Origin: Escherichia phage ID62
Sequence record: NC_007824.1
Strand: one strand, 5' to 3'
DNA length: 6,051 nucleotides
Shown here: piece after piece, positions 5,074 to 6,051 of the stretch
Layout: every line of letters starts with the position of its first letter
Position numbering within the stretch: position 1 is the first letter of the stretch
Notes under the pieces: model-generated
Database searches by the model: none
The model's input: the letters and a program-made list of their open reading frames with translations, nothing else
Told to the model about the DNA's origin: nothing
Program-made: the position numbers and the translations under genes

Positions 5074-6051
5074 ATGATAGGTGCCGTTGTAGGTGGTATT
5101 GCTTCAGCCTTAGCCAGTGGAGCCGCTTCTAAGCTGTTTGGTGGCAAACCTGCCGCTCAAGCCGCTACTGAGTCCTCTGGCCTTTCCAATGGTCAAGGTG
5201 TTATTGGTATGGATAATGATGCCGGTATCCAGTCAGCTATTCAGGGTTCTAATGTTCCTAATGGTCAGATTCCCGCTCCCACTCAGACTGGAGGTGTTAT
5301 GGCTGATGCCAAGAATATGATTAAGAATGCCGGTAAGGATTTGCTTGATGGTGTCATGACTGCTGGTAGTGACCGAGTCAAGCAAGCGTTAGTTGATAAA
5401 TTGAGTGGTAATAATGCAAAGAAACAAGGACAAGCAACCCGTGATTACTTGGCTGCGGCCTTCCCTGAGCTCAATGCATGGGAACGTGCTGGAGCTGGTG
5501 CTTCCGGCGCCGGACTGGAATCTTCCGGTCAGGACCAACAGAAGGAGTTGATGCGTATGCAGCTGGATACTCAGAAGGATATTGCTAAGATGCAGATGCA
5601 GAATAATTTGCAGATTGCCGGTATTCAGTCCGCTACTTCTCGTCAGAACACAAAGGATTCTGTTTATGCTCAGAATGAGATGCTTCAGTACAATCAACGT
5701 GAGTCACAGGCACGCGTCGAGTCCATCCTCGCCAATACTGACCTTACGGCTAAACAAGCTACCCATGAAATTATGAGAATGGCTCTTACCCGTGCTCAGG
5801 AGACTGGTCAGCATTTGACTAATAGTCAGATTATGGCTTTGGAGAAGAAAGTTTATGCAGAAATCGGAAAAATTCATCAAGATACTCAAAACGCTCGCTA
5901 TGGTAGCTCTCAAGTTACTGCTACGGCGAAAGACGTTTCGAACATGATTACTGATGCCGCCTCAGGTTTTGGTGATTGGGCCTCTCAACAGTGGAATTCC
6001 TTCTTTAAGGATGGCAAGTCCAACGGTATTCCTCTTAACACTAGAAAATAA
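5074..6051 (+). CDS. H: Minor spike / DNA pilot protein H, 325 aa
   Basis: N-terminus MIGAVVGGIASALASGAASKLFGG and internal RDYLAAAFPELNAWERAGA, IAGIQSATSRQNTKD and VYAQNEML match phiX174 H from memory; AGGAG at 5059-5063. Confidence 0.95.
   Translation: MIGAVVGGIASALASGAASKLFGGKPAAQAATESSGLSNGQGVIGMDNDAGIQSAIQGSNVPNGQIPAPTQTGGVMADAKNMIKNAGKDLLDGVMTAGSDRVKQALVDKLSGNNAKKQGQATRDYLAAAFPELNAWERAGAGASGAGLESSGQDQQKELMRMQLDTQKDIAKMQMQNNLQIAGIQSATSRQNTKDSVYAQNEMLQYNQRESQARVESILANTDLTAKQATHEIMRMALTRAQETGQHLTNSQIMALEKKVYAEIGKIHQDTQNARYGSSQVTATAKDVSNMITDAASGFGDWASQQWNSFFKDGKSNGIPLNTRK

Noticed and set aside
211-5776. Leucine-rich + strand alternative-frame ORFs (211-510, 806-1027, 1325-1633, 2619-2912 N-terminal extension, 3722-3982, 4088-4348, 4622-4978, 5117-5320, 5582-5776)
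   Set aside because: They overlap confirmed genes in shifted frames and are dominated by Leu/Ile/Val/Phe, as expected when T-rich codon third positions are read as second positions. None has an SD motif or matches a known overlapping microvirus gene (B, K and E are accounted for separately).
105-5913. All minus-strand ORFs in the track (105-362, 416-649, 742-1137, 1183-1650, 1693-2022, 2223-2435, 2468-2764, 3400-3618, 3997-4278, 4357-5058, 5389-5697, 5704-5913)
   Set aside because: Microvirus genes are all on the packaged (+) strand; these ORFs are antisense to well-supported genes, have low-complexity R/N/S/I-rich translations and no convincing SD motifs. They are most likely by-products of the T-rich third codon positions on the + strand.
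1-6051. CRISPR arrays, tRNA or rRNA genes, and transposase or insertion-sequence remnants
   Set aside because: No spaced direct repeats, no cloverleaf-compatible segments and no long terminal inverted repeats were seen; the only notable repeat is the duplicated 14-nt hairpin in the J-F and F-G spacers.

Overview
The window reads as a near-complete, linearised genome of an alpha3-like microvirus (phiX174 family, Bullavirinae), with all genes on the + strand in the canonical order A(A*)-B-K-C-D-E-J-F-G-H. Identification rests on direct reading of the translations against remembered phiX174 proteins (H, D, E, B, C, K, J, G), the HUH and twin-tyrosine motifs in A, and the viral-strand origin 30-mer inside gene A. 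The window begins immediately after the H stop codon, so positions 1-759 are the H-A intergenic region, which is only about 60 nt in phiX174. This region is not empty: it holds three tightly packed + strand ORFs (66-434, 438-527, 524-700), each with a Shine-Dalgarno motif at correct spacing, phage-like T-ending codon usage and stop/start overlaps. They lie outside the canonical 11-gene set and are the main candidate for an undescribed accessory module. Other signals are an imperfect terminator-like hairpin at 26-65 that sequesters the first ORF's ribosome-binding site, a duplicated hairpin-plus-RBS module in the J-F and F-G spacers, and a structured G-H spacer that may be the complementary-strand origin. 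No homology search could be run; all gene calls are from reading the sequence and recalled phiX174 biology.
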